Positions 21,153 through 30,690 of a stretch of DNA of 51,482 bases are shown here, piece after piece. The stretch lies in NCBI GenBank assembly GCA_022574495.1, contig JACZRW010000002.1, forward strand, positions 1 through 51,482, read 5' to 3'. This DNA is from Patescibacteria group bacterium (lineage in GTDB: Bacteria > Patescibacteriota > Microgenomatia > Woykebacterales > RBG-16-39-9b). Both the position numbers and the translations under genes were made by a program. The notes beneath the pieces are model-generated. The model saw only the letters and a program-made list of their open reading frames with translations. It was not told the DNA's origin and ran no database searches. The stretch's first letter is position 1, and every line of letters starts with the position of its first letter.

Positions 21153-21642
21153 TTTCTTTTTTCTTAGCAGATACTTTCACCTTTTTAATAGCTTTTGATT
21201 TCTTTGACTCGCTAGGTTTTTTCTCTACTTTTATCTTTGGTTCTTTCGCCTTAATCTTTTCTTTGACTTCTTTCGGTGGTACCGATAATTCTTCAACAAA
21301 CTCAACCACAACCATTCTTGCTGCATCCCCAGCTCTAGGAACTAACCTTGTTATTCTCAGATAGCCACCAGGTCTGTCTTTGAATGTAGGACCAATAACC
21401 TCTAATAACTTATTGACTGAGTTTTGTAGACCCAATTTTGCGATCAATCTTCGTCTAGATTGCAAACTATCTGCCTTTGAAATAGTAACCAGCTTTTCTA
21501 AGTATGGACGAATTGCTTTTGCTTTTGCCTCTGTTGTAGTCACCTTCTCATTAAGAATCACAGAATTTGCCAAGCCTTTGAGAAGAGATTTACGCTGTTT
21601 TGTATTCCTACTTAGTATTCTGCCAGCTACTCTGTGTCTCAT
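21124..21642 (-). CDS. rplQ: 50S ribosomal protein L17 (Lys-rich C-terminal extension)
   Basis: MRHRVAGRILSRNTKQRKSLLKGL... Confidence 0.95.
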   Translation of the reverse strand: MRHRVAGRILSRNTKQRKSLLKGLANSVILNEKVTTTEAKAKAIRPYLEKLVTISKADSLQSRRRLIAKLGLQNSVNKLLEVIGPTFKDRPGGYLRITRLVPRAGDAARMVVVEFVEELSVPPKEVKEKIKAKEPKIKVEKKPSESKKSKAIKKVKVSAKKKENGKERKTKK

Positions 21643-22544
21643 TTAGTCAAACCTTTTTCCTTTAGTTTTTCCTCAATATCACTTATAGATTTTGCTCCCA
21701 TATTCTTAAGTTTCACTAATTCCTCCTTAGGGGTCTTCTGCAGTTTTTCAACTGTATCTATACCGGCATTACGTAAGGAATTTGTTATTCTAGTCGAAAG
21801 CTCTAATTCTTCAACCAAAGCATCCTTTTCAATCTTTGGTCGTGGAGGTTTTTCAATTTTATCTTCCTTAGAAGGTTTTCTTTGCTCTACCAGAACATTA
21901 AAGTAGTCAGTTAAAATTTTAGAGGCTTGTTTTACAGATTCTTGTGGAGTAATTGTTCCATCGGTTGTTATACTCAGGATTAACTTATCGAAGTTTGTTA
22001 TTTGTCCCACACGAGTCGCTTCAACTTTATAACTTACTTTTGTAACTGGGCTGAAAGTTGCGTCCAAAGGAATAATTCCCACTCCAAGGGAACGTCTATT
22101 TCCTACTGGAGCGTATCCAAACCCCTTCTCTGCTTTCATACTAATACTTAGCTTGGTCTTTGAATCTGCCAACGAACAGATGTAATGATCAGGATTTGCT
22201 ATTTCAACGTCACCCGGAACTTCGATATCCTTTGCTAAAACTTCTTTAGCACCTTTTACATCAAGAGAAAGTTTTACTGGTTTGTCAGAATCTACTTTCA
22301 ACCTCACTCCTTTTAGATTTAGGATAATTTCCACAATATCCTCCTTAACACCACGAATAGTTGAATACTCATGGGTAACCCCACTTATCTTCACCTGAGT
22401 AATTGCTGCTCCAGGAAGAGATGTTAGAAGTACTCTCCGTAATGAATTACCTAATGTCACCCCATAACTTTGGGGTAAGGGCTCTATAACTAAAGTTCCC
22501 TCATTCTTACTAACTTCAGAAGAAACTCTAACTTTGTCTACCAT
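21639..22544 (-). CDS. rpoA: DNA-directed RNA polymerase alpha subunit
   Basis: GVTLGNSLRRVLLSSLPGAA-type N-terminal domain and a C-terminal LELSTRITNSLRNAGI HhH motif. Confidence 0.96.
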   Translation of the reverse strand: MVDKVRVSSEVSKNEGTLVIEPLPQSYGVTLGNSLRRVLLTSLPGAAITQVKISGVTHEYSTIRGVKEDIVEIILNLKGVRLKVDSDKPVKLSLDVKGAKEVLAKDIEVPGDVEIANPDHYICSLADSKTKLSISMKAEKGFGYAPVGNRRSLGVGIIPLDATFSPVTKVSYKVEATRVGQITNFDKLILSITTDGTITPQESVKQASKILTDYFNVLVEQRKPSKEDKIEKPPRPKIEKDALVEELELSTRITNSLRNAGIDTVEKLQKTPKEELVKLKNMGAKSISDIEEKLKEKGLTK

Positions 22545-22599
22545 AAAAACCTCCTTGGTTATAAAACTTATAATTTACTAGGGTCGTAAACTTTGATTA

Positions 22600-22690
22600 T
22601 TGCTCCCTATCGGGAGTAAAAAACCTCTGGTTCTTGCTCCCTATCAGGAGTAAAAATCTTCGACCTTTGCTCTCTAACGAGAGTAAAACT
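22600..22690 (-). repeat. three tandem units of about 34 nt, each with a hairpin; the first unit is the 3' end of rpsD
   Basis: Plus-strand hairpins are ctccctatcgggag (22603-22616), ctccctatcaggag (22637-22650) and ctctctaacgagag (22671-22684). Each is followed by taaaa. Confidence 0.8.
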
Positions 22691-23303
22691 CAACGATAAG
22701 TTGATCATTAATTTCTGCTGCCACTTCCTCTCTTTCAGGTAATCTTTTCACCTTACCAGAAAGCCCTTTCTTTTCAAGCCACTTGGGAATGTCTTCTTTA
22801 TCAACCGCTTCTGTGGCGTCTTTTACTAAACTAAATTTTTGGGCCTTCTCACTCAAAGAAATAACGTCATCATTTCTTAATTCGTAAGAAGGGATATTTA
22901 CCTTTTTTTCATTTACTAATATATGACCATGGGAAACCAGTTGCCTTGCTTGGGATCTAGACGCTGCTAGAGCTAGTCTATAAACAGTGTTATCAAGCCT
23001 TGTTTCTAACCTTTGAAGTAAAGAGGTCCCTGTTTCACCTTTCTTTTTGGCTGCTTCTTTATAATATTTCCTAAATTGTCTCTCTAACAAACCATACATT
23101 CTCTTTACCTTTTGCTTTTCCCGAAGCTGGTGTCCGTAGTCAGAAGTCTTTTTTCTTAAAGATTTTTGGCCGTGCTGACCTGGAGGAACAGCACCCTTCT
23201 TTTCTATTGGATGTTTAGGACCAAGACTCCTCTTGCCTTTAAGCAGGAGGTTTGTTCCTTCCCTACGATCTAGCTTAAATTTTGGTCCGGTATATCTTCC
23301 CAT
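22674..23303 (-). CDS. rpsD: 30S ribosomal protein S4
   Basis: MGRYTGPKFKLDRREG... with an S4 domain and EFYSR* at the end. Confidence 0.96.
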   Translation of the reverse strand: MGRYTGPKFKLDRREGTNLLLKGKRSLGPKHPIEKKGAVPPGQHGQKSLRKKTSDYGHQLREKQKVKRMYGLLERQFRKYYKEAAKKKGETGTSLLQRLETRLDNTVYRLALAASRSQARQLVSHGHILVNEKKVNIPSYELRNDDVISLSEKAQKFSLVKDATEAVDKEDIPKWLEKKGLSGKVKRLPEREEVAAEINDQLIVEFYSR

Positions 23304-23308
23304 TTATT

Positions 23309-23683
23309 TTAAACTCTCCTTTGCTTTCTTGGCCTTGGGCCGTTATGAGGTATTGGAGTCACATCTGCAATTGCTTTGATTATCAACTTGCTGTTTTTTA
23401 ACGCTCTAATTGCAGCGTCTCTACCAGATCCAGGTCCCTTTATATAAACCTCAACTTCTCTTAATCCCTTCTCTGATAATTTTTTTGCTATATTTTCCAT
23501 CGCTGTTGATGCTGCATAAGGTGTTGATTTTCTCGCACCTTTAAAACCAACTGCCCCTGAACTGCTCCACCCCAAAGCATTACCAGACATATCTGTTATT
23601 GTTATCAAAGTATTATTAAAAGTAGCATTAACAAAAACTTTTCCTTTAGTTACTTCTTTAGTTGTTTTCTTTGATTTAGTCAT
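23309..23683 (-). CDS. rpsK: 30S ribosomal protein S11
   Basis: [22 protein letters not shown]...[13 protein letters not shown]. Confidence 0.96.
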   Translation of the reverse strand: MTKSKKTTKEVTKGKVFVNATFNNTLITITDMSGNALGWSSSGAVGFKGARKSTPYAASTAMENIAKKLSEKGLREVEVYIKGPGSGRDAAIRALKNSKLIIKAIADVTPIPHNGPRPRKQRRV

Positions 23684-23710
23684 AATCTTACCTAATAACT
23701 ATTACTTGCT

Positions 23711-24100
23711 TCACTTCTGCATTTTTTGGGCATCTTCCTTTTTCATAGCCCCAATAGTTAACCTTTTACCTCTTTTTGTACGAGCGTTACTTCTAGTTCT
23801 CTGGCCCCTAGCAGGTAGATTCTTTTTATGTCTCATCCCACGATAAGTTCCAATTTCCTCCAACCTTCTTATATTTTGTTGGGTTTGCCTTCGCAAATCT
23901 CCCTCAATAATATAATTATCGACCTGCTTTTGTAGCTTTGACAATTCCTCAACCTTTAAATCTTTTATTCTTGCGTCGGCATTAACATTGGAGTTCTTTA
24001 CAATTTCTTTAGACACAGATCTACCCACCCCATATATGCTGGTAAGAGCGTATTCAACTTTTTTATTCCCTGGTAATTCTACTCCTGCAATTCTTGCCAT
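23711..24100 (-). CDS. rpsM: 30S ribosomal protein S13
   Basis: Trimmed to MARIAGVELP..., which is the canonical S13 N-terminus. Confidence 0.95.
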   Translation of the reverse strand: MARIAGVELPGNKKVEYALTSIYGVGRSVSKEIVKNSNVNADARIKDLKVEELSKLQKQVDNYIIEGDLRRQTQQNIRRLEEIGTYRGMRHKKNLPARGQRTRSNARTKRGKRLTIGAMKKEDAQKMQK

Positions 24101-24159
24101 AATAAATATTTCTTGTCTCTGTTTTAGAGCAAGCAACGCCAAGTTACCATTGACGTTGT

Positions 24160-24187
24160 TTTAGCCCTGATTTAATCGGGCCGCAAA
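24160..24187 (-). repeat. copy of the 28-nt hairpin block TTTGCG-S-CCCGATTAAATC-R-GGGCTAAA (minus-strand reading)
   Basis: 26/28 identical to 44246-44273. It lies between the rpmJ stop and the rpsM start. Confidence 0.75.
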
Positions 24188-24200
24188 CATACGCAAGGCA

Positions 24201-24314
24201 TTAGCCTTGCCTCTGTTTGTGACGCGGATTTGTACAGATAATATAACGAACACCTTGTCTTTTAACTACCTTACATTGATTACAACGTTTTTTTATCGAT
24301 GCTTGAACCTTCAT
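24201..24314 (-). CDS. rpmJ: 50S ribosomal protein L36 (not in the ORF track)
   Basis: Hand translation gives [37 protein letters not shown]. It sits between infA and rpsM as expected. Confidence 0.95.
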   Translation of the reverse strand: MKVQASIKKRCNQCKVVKRQGVRYIICTNPRHKQRQG

Positions 24315-24318
24315 AAAT

Positions 24319-24567
24319 TTATCTTCTTTGGTTCCTTTCTCTATAGGTAATTCTGCCCTTTTCTAGATCGTATGGTGTCACTTCAACTTTTACATTGTCC
24401 CCAGGCAACAGTCTAATGTAATGCATCCTCATCTTTCCTGATATGTGGCAGAGCAAAGTTTTACCTGCCAATGCAGCTGGGGCGTCTTTATCAATTTCCA
24501 CTCTAAATAAAGTATTCGGCAGAGATTCTGTAACCGTTCCAACTACTTCAATATTTTCTTTAATCAT
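24319..24567 (-). CDS. infA: translation initiation factor IF-1
   Basis: S1-like fold: [15 protein letters not shown]...[17 protein letters not shown]. Confidence 0.95.
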   Translation of the reverse strand: MIKENIEVVGTVTESLPNTLFRVEIDKDAPAALAGKTLLCHISGKMRMHYIRLLPGDNVKVEVTPYDLEKGRITYRERNQRR

Positions 24568-24603
24568 AAATATAAAAAAGAACCCTGTAATTTTACACTA
24601 ATT

Positions 24604-25350
24604 TTAGGTTTGCGTCAATACTACAGGCCCTTTTCTAGTGACCGCAACTGTACGTTCAAACAAACCAGAATAACTATTATCTTTAGATATAATTGTCCAA
24701 TTATCGGAAAGCAGGGAGACATCTGGCTTACCCATATTGTATATAATCTCAATTGCTAAAACCATCCCTTCCTTTATCTCAAGTCCAGTACCTCTCTTAC
24801 CTATACCAGGTACAAGAGGATCCTCGTGTAATTCTTTTCCTACACCATGACCAACCAATTCCTTTACTACGGAGTAGCCCGCTCTTTCTACTGTATTTTG
24901 AATTTCACTACTAATATCCCCAATTCTGTTTCCGATTTTTGCTTTGCTTATTGCCCTCCATAAGGCTTTTTCACCAACACCAAGGAATTTTTTCTTATCT
25001 CTATCTTCCCCACCAACAATATATGTATGAGCCAAATCAGAATGGTAGCCTTTGTAGAAAGCGCCCAAATCAATACCAATTACATCACCTTTTTTTAATT
25101 TGTAATTTCCAGGTACACCATGAACAACCCAATCATTTGGGGTAGTACATATACAATGTTTATAACCCTTAACTTTCTTGAATGAAGATTCGGCTTTGTT
25201 TTTTAAAATTACCGACTGGGCAATTTTATCAAGATCCTTAGTGCTAACCCCAATTTTAATGTGCGATTCAACTTCAGCAAGAGCAAGAGCGGCTATCCTA
25301 CCTGCTTTGCGCATAATCTCAATTTCGTTTGAATTCTTCAAGTAATACAT
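24604..25350 (-). CDS. map: type I methionine aminopeptidase
   Basis: EIEIMRKAGRIAA..., HGVGKELHE... Confidence 0.93.
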   Translation of the reverse strand: MYYLKNSNEIEIMRKAGRIAALALAEVESHIKIGVSTKDLDKIAQSVILKNKAESSFKKVKGYKHCICTTPNDWVVHGVPGNYKLKKGDVIGIDLGAFYKGYHSDLAHTYIVGGEDRDKKKFLGVGEKALWRAISKAKIGNRIGDISSEIQNTVERAGYSVVKELVGHGVGKELHEDPLVPGIGKRGTGLEIKEGMVLAIEIIYNMGKPDVSLLSDNWTIISKDNSYSGLFERTVAVTRKGPVVLTQT

Positions 25351-25864
25351 CTAATTTTTTTCTAACGGTTTCCTCTGAAGGTGAATTATCAACCTTAACA
25401 ATTTTAACATCCTTATCTCTATAAAAACTGATAACCGGCTCTGTTTGGTCTCTATACCATGATATTCTAGTAGCTATCTTTTCTTTCGTGTCATCGATCC
25501 TTCCCCTATTAAATAACCTTGCAACCGCTTCCTTTTCTATCAATTCCACTAATACAAGCAGATCAGGGCTTTTTTCAAACATTTCGACTTGATGAAGATT
25601 TCTAGGTGCTCCATCTAAAAGGAAACCACCTTGAACATCATTCTCTTCCAACCTTTTATTAACTATTCTCATTGTTGGTTTATCCGGCACCAACATCCCT
25701 TGGTCAATCATTTTTTTCACCAAATTACCTAGTTCTGATTTCTCTTCCCTCAACCTTCTAAAAATATCTCCTACTGCTATAAAAGGGATGTTAAGTTTTT
25801 TCGCGACGTATTTTCCGACAGTACTTTTACCAGAACCTTGAACCCCAAAAATTAAAATATTCAT
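25319..25864 (-). CDS. adk: adenylate kinase (short form)
   Basis: GVQGSGKSTVGK P-loop. Position between secY and map. Confidence 0.85.
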   Translation of the reverse strand: MNILIFGVQGSGKSTVGKYVAKKLNIPFIAVGDIFRRLREEKSELGNLVKKMIDQGMLVPDKPTMRIVNKRLEENDVQGGFLLDGAPRNLHQVEMFEKSPDLLVLVELIEKEAVARLFNRGRIDDTKEKIATRISWYRDQTEPVISFYRDKDVKIVKVDNSPSEETVRKKLDVLLEEFKRN

Positions 25865-25915
25865 ATATATATGAAATTATTTTAGGCCAAGCTATAATAT
25901 CTCAACGCTAGTCGC

Positions 25916-25947
25916 AAGTAGTTGCAAGATAAACCTTGCAACTACTT
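25916..25947 (-). other. perfect 13-bp hairpin in the secY-adk spacer
   Basis: aagtagttgcaag-ataaac-cttgcaactactt. No flanking T-run. Confidence 0.7.
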
Positions 25948-26003
25948 TAGGCTGATATAATTAAATTCGCTCAGCCGCAAATACAGACAAGAAAATCTTG
26001 TCT

Positions 26004-27299
26004 TTATTTGTAAAGAAATCCTTCGTATGACCTCATTATTAACTGGGATTCTAATTGTTTTGTTGTTTCAATAATAACTGATACGACAATCAACAAACTT
26101 GTTCCACCTAATGCTAAGGTGCTTATACCAGTCAGTTCGGTAGCAATAAAAGGGAGTATGGCAATTAATCCTAAAAACGACCCTCCTACCAAAGTAATTC
26201 TATTCAAAATGAAACTAAGAAAATCTGCGGTAGCTTTTCCTGGCCTTATCCCAGGTATAAACCCACCAAATTTTTTAATATCGTCTGCCACTTTAGTAGG
26301 GTTAAAAGTAATCGCAGTATAAAAATATGCAAACCCCAATACCAACACAAAATATACAGCGCTGTAATTAATAGTATTAGCGAAAAAATCTCTAATTGCT
26401 ATGGCAGTGTTAGCGATAATTGGTGTTGAAGCGGAAGAGAAAAACTCTCCTATCATACTTGGAAGTAAGATGATCGATATAGCGAATATAAGTGGAATTA
26501 CACCGGCTTGGTTTACTCTAATAGGCAAATGCGTACTCTGACCACCATACTGCCTATTCCCTCTCACCCGTCTAGCATACTGAATCAAAACCCTTCTCTG
26601 ACCTTCGCTAATCAAAATTGCTGCAACTATTACCACCAAACCTAGAAAAATTAGAGCAATAAAAAGATTAATATTTTGGGGGTTAAATATTTGGGCTGTT
26701 TGACCAAAGTTTACTGGTAGTCTTGCGATTATCCCTGAGAAAATTAAAATAGATATACCATTACCAATTCCTGATTCAGTTATAAGTTCTCCAAACCACA
26801 TAAGAAGTAGCGCCCCGGCTGTCATAGTTAAAATAATTGTCAAAAGATTCAGCGAGCTTAGATCACCAAGTAGTTCAGGAGAGTTTCGACGTATCAGAGT
26901 GATTATTCCGTAAGATTGAACTAGCGCTAATGGTACAGTAAGGTATCTAGTGTATTGAGTTATTTTTTGCCTTCCATACTCACCCTCTTTTTGAAGTTCC
27001 TCAAGTTTTGGTATAGTTACTCCCAAAAGTTGCATTATAATGGAAGCATTTATATACGGGTTAAGACCTAAAGCAACAATAGAAAAATTGAGAAGAGTAC
27101 CTCCGGAAAATAAATCCAACAACCGCAAAACCTGTTCAAAAGATTGACTATCACCAAAAATACCTCTTAAAGCTGACGGATCTACACCTGGGGCTGGGAT
27201 AAAAGCAACTATTCGAAAAATTACTATTATACCTAGGGTAAAAAGAATTTTTCTTCTCAAATCTGGACTTCTCCAGATATCTAAAAGGACTCTAAACAT
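26004..27299 (-). CDS. secY: preprotein translocase subunit SecY
   Basis: Polytopic protein with the canonical position after rplO. Started at the ATG (MFRVLLDIW...) that overlaps the rplO stop. Confidence 0.95.
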   Translation of the reverse strand: MFRVLLDIWRSPDLRRKILFTLGIIVIFRIVAFIPAPGVDPSALRGIFGDSQSFEQVLRLLDLFSGGTLLNFSIVALGLNPYINASIIMQLLGVTIPKLEELQKEGEYGRQKITQYTRYLTVPLALVQSYGIITLIRRNSPELLGDLSSLNLLTIILTMTAGALLLMWFGELITESGIGNGISILIFSGIIARLPVNFGQTAQIFNPQNINLFIALIFLGLVVIVAAILISEGQRRVLIQYARRVRGNRQYGGQSTHLPIRVNQAGVIPLIFAISIILLPSMIGEFFSSASTPIIANTAIAIRDFFANTINYSAVYFVLVLGFAYFYTAITFNPTKVADDIKKFGGFIPGIRPGKATADFLSFILNRITLVGGSFLGLIAILPFIATELTGISTLALGGTSLLIVVSVIIETTKQLESQLIMRSYEGFLYK

Positions 27300-27729
27300 T
27301 TTCCTCCACTCTTCCTTTAGCAGCCTCAATTATTTTTTTCGCCTTTTTTGTAATCCGAATCTTCACAATCAAAGGTTTTGAGATTTTTCCGGTAGCAACA
27401 ATCTTGGCATAGAAGTTTTGACTTGAAGACAAGATTTTATTTTTTCTTAAAGTTTCCATGCTAACTATACTTCTAGCATCCAACCTATCCAGTTGATCTA
27501 GGGTTATGGTAACAGATTTTTTTAAAGACTTATTGCCAATTCCTCTTTGAAATGGCAATCTTTTTATTATTGGAAGTTGGCCACCCTCAAACTCCGGTTT
27601 TATTTTTCCTCTCGCCTTCTGCCCCTTCGTTCCTCGACCAGAGGTTTTTCCCCTACCGGAAGATTCACCGCGACCAATTCTCTTGGCCCTCTTTTTTAAT
27701 CTTATTTTTCCTAGGGATGAGAGATTCAC
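27292..27729 (-). CDS. rplO: 50S ribosomal protein L15
   Basis: GRGESSGRGKTSGRGTKGQKAR. Confidence 0.95.
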   Translation of the reverse strand: MNLSSLGKIRLKKRAKRIGRGESSGRGKTSGRGTKGQKARGKIKPEFEGGQLPIIKRLPFQRGIGNKSLKKSVTITLDQLDRLDARSIVSMETLRKNKILSSSQNFYAKIVATGKISKPLIVKIRITKKAKKIIEAAKGRVEENV

Positions 27730-28253
27730 TAGTTTTCTTCCCTTCCCAACTCTTTTTTCTTTTTCACGGTTAATTTTTTGCTTAGATTTATTTTTACTTT
27801 TTCATCTCTTGGTCTTAATTTGCTTAAAGCTTCCAAAGTAGCATACACATTTGATGCTTGGTTTGATGTACCGAGAACTTTTGATAGGATATCTTTAATA
27901 CCAGCTGCCTCAACCACAGCCCGCACTGCACCACCGGCGATTACACCAGTACCAGCAGAAGCCGGTTTTAACATAATTTTAGCAGCTCCTTTCTTAAGAA
28001 AGATTTGGTGGGGGATTGTGGTACCTACAAGAGGTACTTTTATCAGGTGTTTTTTAGCATAAATCATAGACTTTTTTATTGAGGCAGGAACCGTCGGTGC
28101 TTTTCCTAGACCAACACCTACCTGTCCTTTTCTATCTCCTACAACTACCAAAACAGAAAAGCCTATTTTATTCCCACCTTTTGTTTTTTTTGAAACTCTA
28201 TTAACTCGAACTATTTTTTCGGTAAAATCTTCTTCAGGTATATATTCTCTCAT
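27729..28253 (-). CDS. rpsE: 30S ribosomal protein S5
   Basis: [25 protein letters not shown]... Confidence 0.95.
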   Translation of the reverse strand: MREYIPEEDFTEKIVRVNRVSKKTKGGNKIGFSVLVVVGDRKGQVGVGLGKAPTVPASIKKSMIYAKKHLIKVPLVGTTIPHQIFLKKGAAKIMLKPASAGTGVIAGGAVRAVVEAAGIKDILSKVLGTSNQASNVYATLEALSKLRPRDEKVKINLSKKLTVKKKKELGREEN

Positions 28254-28601
28254 TTAAAATTCTAACCCACCTTTCCGTGCCCCTTGAGCAAAAGCACCTA
28301 CTCTACCATGAAACTTATAACCAGATCTATCAAATACAACTTTTTTAATTTTTTTCTTTTTTGCCTTCTCCCCAATTATTACCCCAGCTTCGTAGGCTAG
28401 CTCTGTTTTATTTTTCCCTCTAGCTTTTTTTGATTCCTTATCGTTCACTGATAGAATAGTTTCTCCCAAATCGTCATTTACTATGGAGCCATAAAAATAT
28501 TGATTTGAGCGAAACACACTCAATCTAGGAATGGTTGATGTTCCTTTGACTTTAGATCTTATTCTTCTATGTCTTATTTTTCGTTTTTCTAGTTTTCTCA
28601 T
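28254..28601 (-). CDS. rplR: 50S ribosomal protein L18
   Basis: RLSVFRSNQYFYGSIV...FDRSGYKFHGRVGAFAQGARKGGLEF. Confidence 0.95.
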   Translation of the reverse strand: MRKLEKRKIRHRRIRSKVKGTSTIPRLSVFRSNQYFYGSIVNDDLGETILSVNDKESKKARGKNKTELAYEAGVIIGEKAKKKKIKKVVFDRSGYKFHGRVGAFAQGARKGGLEF

Positions 28602-29146
28602 TGTGTAGCACCCGCTGCCTGTGCCTTACCAGGTTTTCGCCTTATTACCTCATCTTCATATTTTATTCCCTTGCCTTTATAAGGCTCTGGTGGTTTTACT
28701 TTTCTTATCTTGCTAGCAATATCCCCAACTAATTGTTTGTCGAATCCTGCTACTGTAATTCTATTTTCAACTATAGTAAATGTTATTCCTTTTGGCTGCT
28801 CTATTTCTACTGGGTGAGAATAACCAACCAAAAGAATCAATTTATTATCTTGCAAACTACTCCTAAAACCTACACCAGAAAGTATAAGTGTTTTACTAAA
28901 TCCTTCTGAAACCCCAACTACTGCGTTATTTAGTAAGCTTCTCACCAAACCATGAAGCGATTTTTCTTCTTTAGAGTCGTGTTTCCTCTTAACTACCAAC
29001 ATATCCTCATTTCTCTCAACAGTTATGCCTTTAGGTGTATGGACCTTTATTTCACCTTTTAGTCCCTTAACCAAAACAGAACTCTTTTCAATACTTACCT
29101 CAACACCTTGTTCAATTTTTACTGGTAATCTACCTATTTTACTCAT
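28598..29146 (-). CDS. rplF: 50S ribosomal protein L6
   Basis: MSKIGRLPVKI.... The ATG lies 2 nt after the rpsH stop. Confidence 0.94.
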   Translation of the reverse strand: MSKIGRLPVKIEQGVEVSIEKSSVLVKGLKGEIKVHTPKGITVERNEDMLVVKRKHDSKEEKSLHGLVRSLLNNAVVGVSEGFSKTLILSGVGFRSSLQDNKLILLVGYSHPVEIEQPKGITFTIVENRITVAGFDKQLVGDIASKIRKVKPPEPYKGKGIKYEDEVIRRKPGKAQAAGATQ

Positions 29147-29148
29147 AT

Positions 29149-29535
29149 TTACCAAACCTCACAGACTAATTCCCCACCTATCCCTTTTTTAATTGCTTCT
29201 TTATTAGTTAATATTCCTTTCGAAGTCGATAATAAGGTGTGGCCCATTCCGCCAAGTACCGGTCTTAATTTTTTCCTGGGGCTATACACTCTCAATCCAG
29301 GAGTTGACAATCTTTTAATATGGGAGAGAGCGGCCTTTCCATTATCATACTTAAGCTTTATTTTTAATTTTTTAATTTTCTCGGTTTTTTCCGTAGAATA
29401 CTCATCAATATATCCAATACTTCTAAGTTTTTTAACTACCTCTTCTTTTAATTTAGAATGAGGGGTGGAAACAAATTCCTTATTCGCTGTATATCCGTTC
29501 CTTATTGTTGTAAATAAATCTCCTAAAGTATCCAT
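29149..29535 (-). CDS. rpsH: 30S ribosomal protein S8
   Basis: Trimmed to MDTLGDLFTTIRNG..., the canonical S8 start. Confidence 0.94.
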   Translation of the reverse strand: MDTLGDLFTTIRNGYTANKEFVSTPHSKLKEEVVKKLRSIGYIDEYSTEKTEKIKKLKIKLKYDNGKAALSHIKRLSTPGLRVYSPRKKLRPVLGGMGHTLLSTSKGILTNKEAIKKGIGGELVCEVW

Positions 29536-29605
29536 AATTTTAAATTTCAATATTTTTTTCTATAATAAAGTAATTACTAAAATTACATGGTGTTTTCGGC
29601 ATATA

Positions 29606-29791
29606 TTACCAACTAGATTTAACCACACCTGGTAGTTCTCCTTTATGAGCAAGATTTCTAAAACAAATTCTGCATAAACCAAACTTTCTAATGTATGCTC
29701 TTGATCTACCGCAAATCATACAGCGGTTTTTAGCTCTTACTGCATACTTTGGTTTTCTTTTTGATTTTTCTATCATCGCTTTTCGGGCCAT
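29606..29791 (-). CDS. rpsN: 30S ribosomal protein S14, zinc-binding type Z
   Basis: 61 aa with CMICGR...CRIC. Confidence 0.95.
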   Translation of the reverse strand: MARKAMIEKSKRKPKYAVRAKNRCMICGRSRAYIRKFGLCRICFRNLAHKGELPGVVKSSW

Positions 29792-29800
29792 AATATATTC

Positions 29801-30337
29801 CTAGTTATCTTCTTTCTTAAATTGTAAACCCATAGTTTCTAATAATTTTTTCGCGTCCTTATCGTTTTGGGCTGAAGTCTGAATTACTATTTCCAATCCA
29901 AATTGTTTCTCGCCTTTTTTATACTCTATTTCCGGGAAAACATTTATTTCTCTAAAACCTAAGGTATAGTTTCCATTACCATCAAATGACTCATTTGGCA
30001 TACCCCTAAAATCTCTAATTCTAGGTAAAACTGCCGACACTAACCTTTTAAAAAAGTCTTGCATCCGGGACCCTCTCAAAGTAACCTTTGCACCAATCAC
30101 TTGATCCTCTCTTATTTTGAAGGAAGCTATTGCTTTTCTTGCTCTTGTTTCTGCTGGTTTCTGACCAGTAATTTTTTTCAACCCTTCAAAAATATATTCT
30201 TGGTTTTTTTTATCTGTTGCAAAACTACCAAACCCGACATTTACCACAATTTTTTGAATCAGCGGAACCGCCATTATATTTTTGCCGTTCAGTTCTTTTG
30301 AAACTTTTTCTTTTACTTTAGTAATTTCTTCTTTCAT
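29801..30337 (-). CDS. rplE: 50S ribosomal protein L5
   Basis: Position and the ...LEIVIQTSA... pattern. Trimmed to an ATG 4 nt after the rplX stop. Confidence 0.93.
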   Translation of the reverse strand: MKEEITKVKEKVSKELNGKNIMAVPLIQKIVVNVGFGSFATDKKNQEYIFEGLKKITGQKPAETRARKAIASFKIREDQVIGAKVTLRGSRMQDFFKRLVSAVLPRIRDFRGMPNESFDGNGNYTLGFREINVFPEIEYKKGEKQFGLEIVIQTSAQNDKDAKKLLETMGLQFKKEDN

Positions 30338-30341
30338 AATA

Positions 30342-30650
30342 TTAGTCAATTACCTGTTTACATTTTTTACACATTCTTTTCTTACTATCCTTTCCAAGCT
30401 TATATCCAATCTTTGAGGGTAATTTACACTTTGGGCATACAATAGAGAGGTTTGAGATAGCGATAGGTTTTGTTATATCAATAACGCCACCCTGAATCGT
30501 TCCTTTTTGGGCCTTTTGGTGCTTCTTATAAATATTAACCCCCACCACAATTGCAGAATTTAATTTTGGCAAAACTCTATCTACTTTTCCTTTAGTACCT
30601 TTATCCTTACCCACCAGTACCATCACCTCATCACCAGATTTTATTTTCAT
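30342..30650 (-). CDS. rplX: 50S ribosomal protein L24 (CxxC-X18-CxxC variant)
   Basis: MKIKSGDEVMVLVGKDKGTKGKV KOW motif. The C-terminal part carries CPKC...CKKC. Confidence 0.94.
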   Translation of the reverse strand: MKIKSGDEVMVLVGKDKGTKGKVDRVLPKLNSAIVVGVNIYKKHQKAQKGTIQGGVIDITKPIAISNLSIVCPKCKLPSKIGYKLGKDSKKRMCKKCKQVID

Positions 30651-30690
30651 GAAACCTCCAGTTGAGTGAAAACAAATCCTATGATTATCA

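Noticed and set aside
22600-22690. Possible CRISPR array
   Set aside because: There are only three units of about 34 nt, directly abutting with no unique spacers. The first unit is the rpsD 3' end, and there are no cas genes in the window.
30342-30650. Novel zinc ribbon in L24 (CPKC…CKKC)
   Set aside because: Cys-containing uL24 variants are, to my recollection, already known in some bacteria (for example Thermus). I treat it as a lineage variant rather than a novelty.
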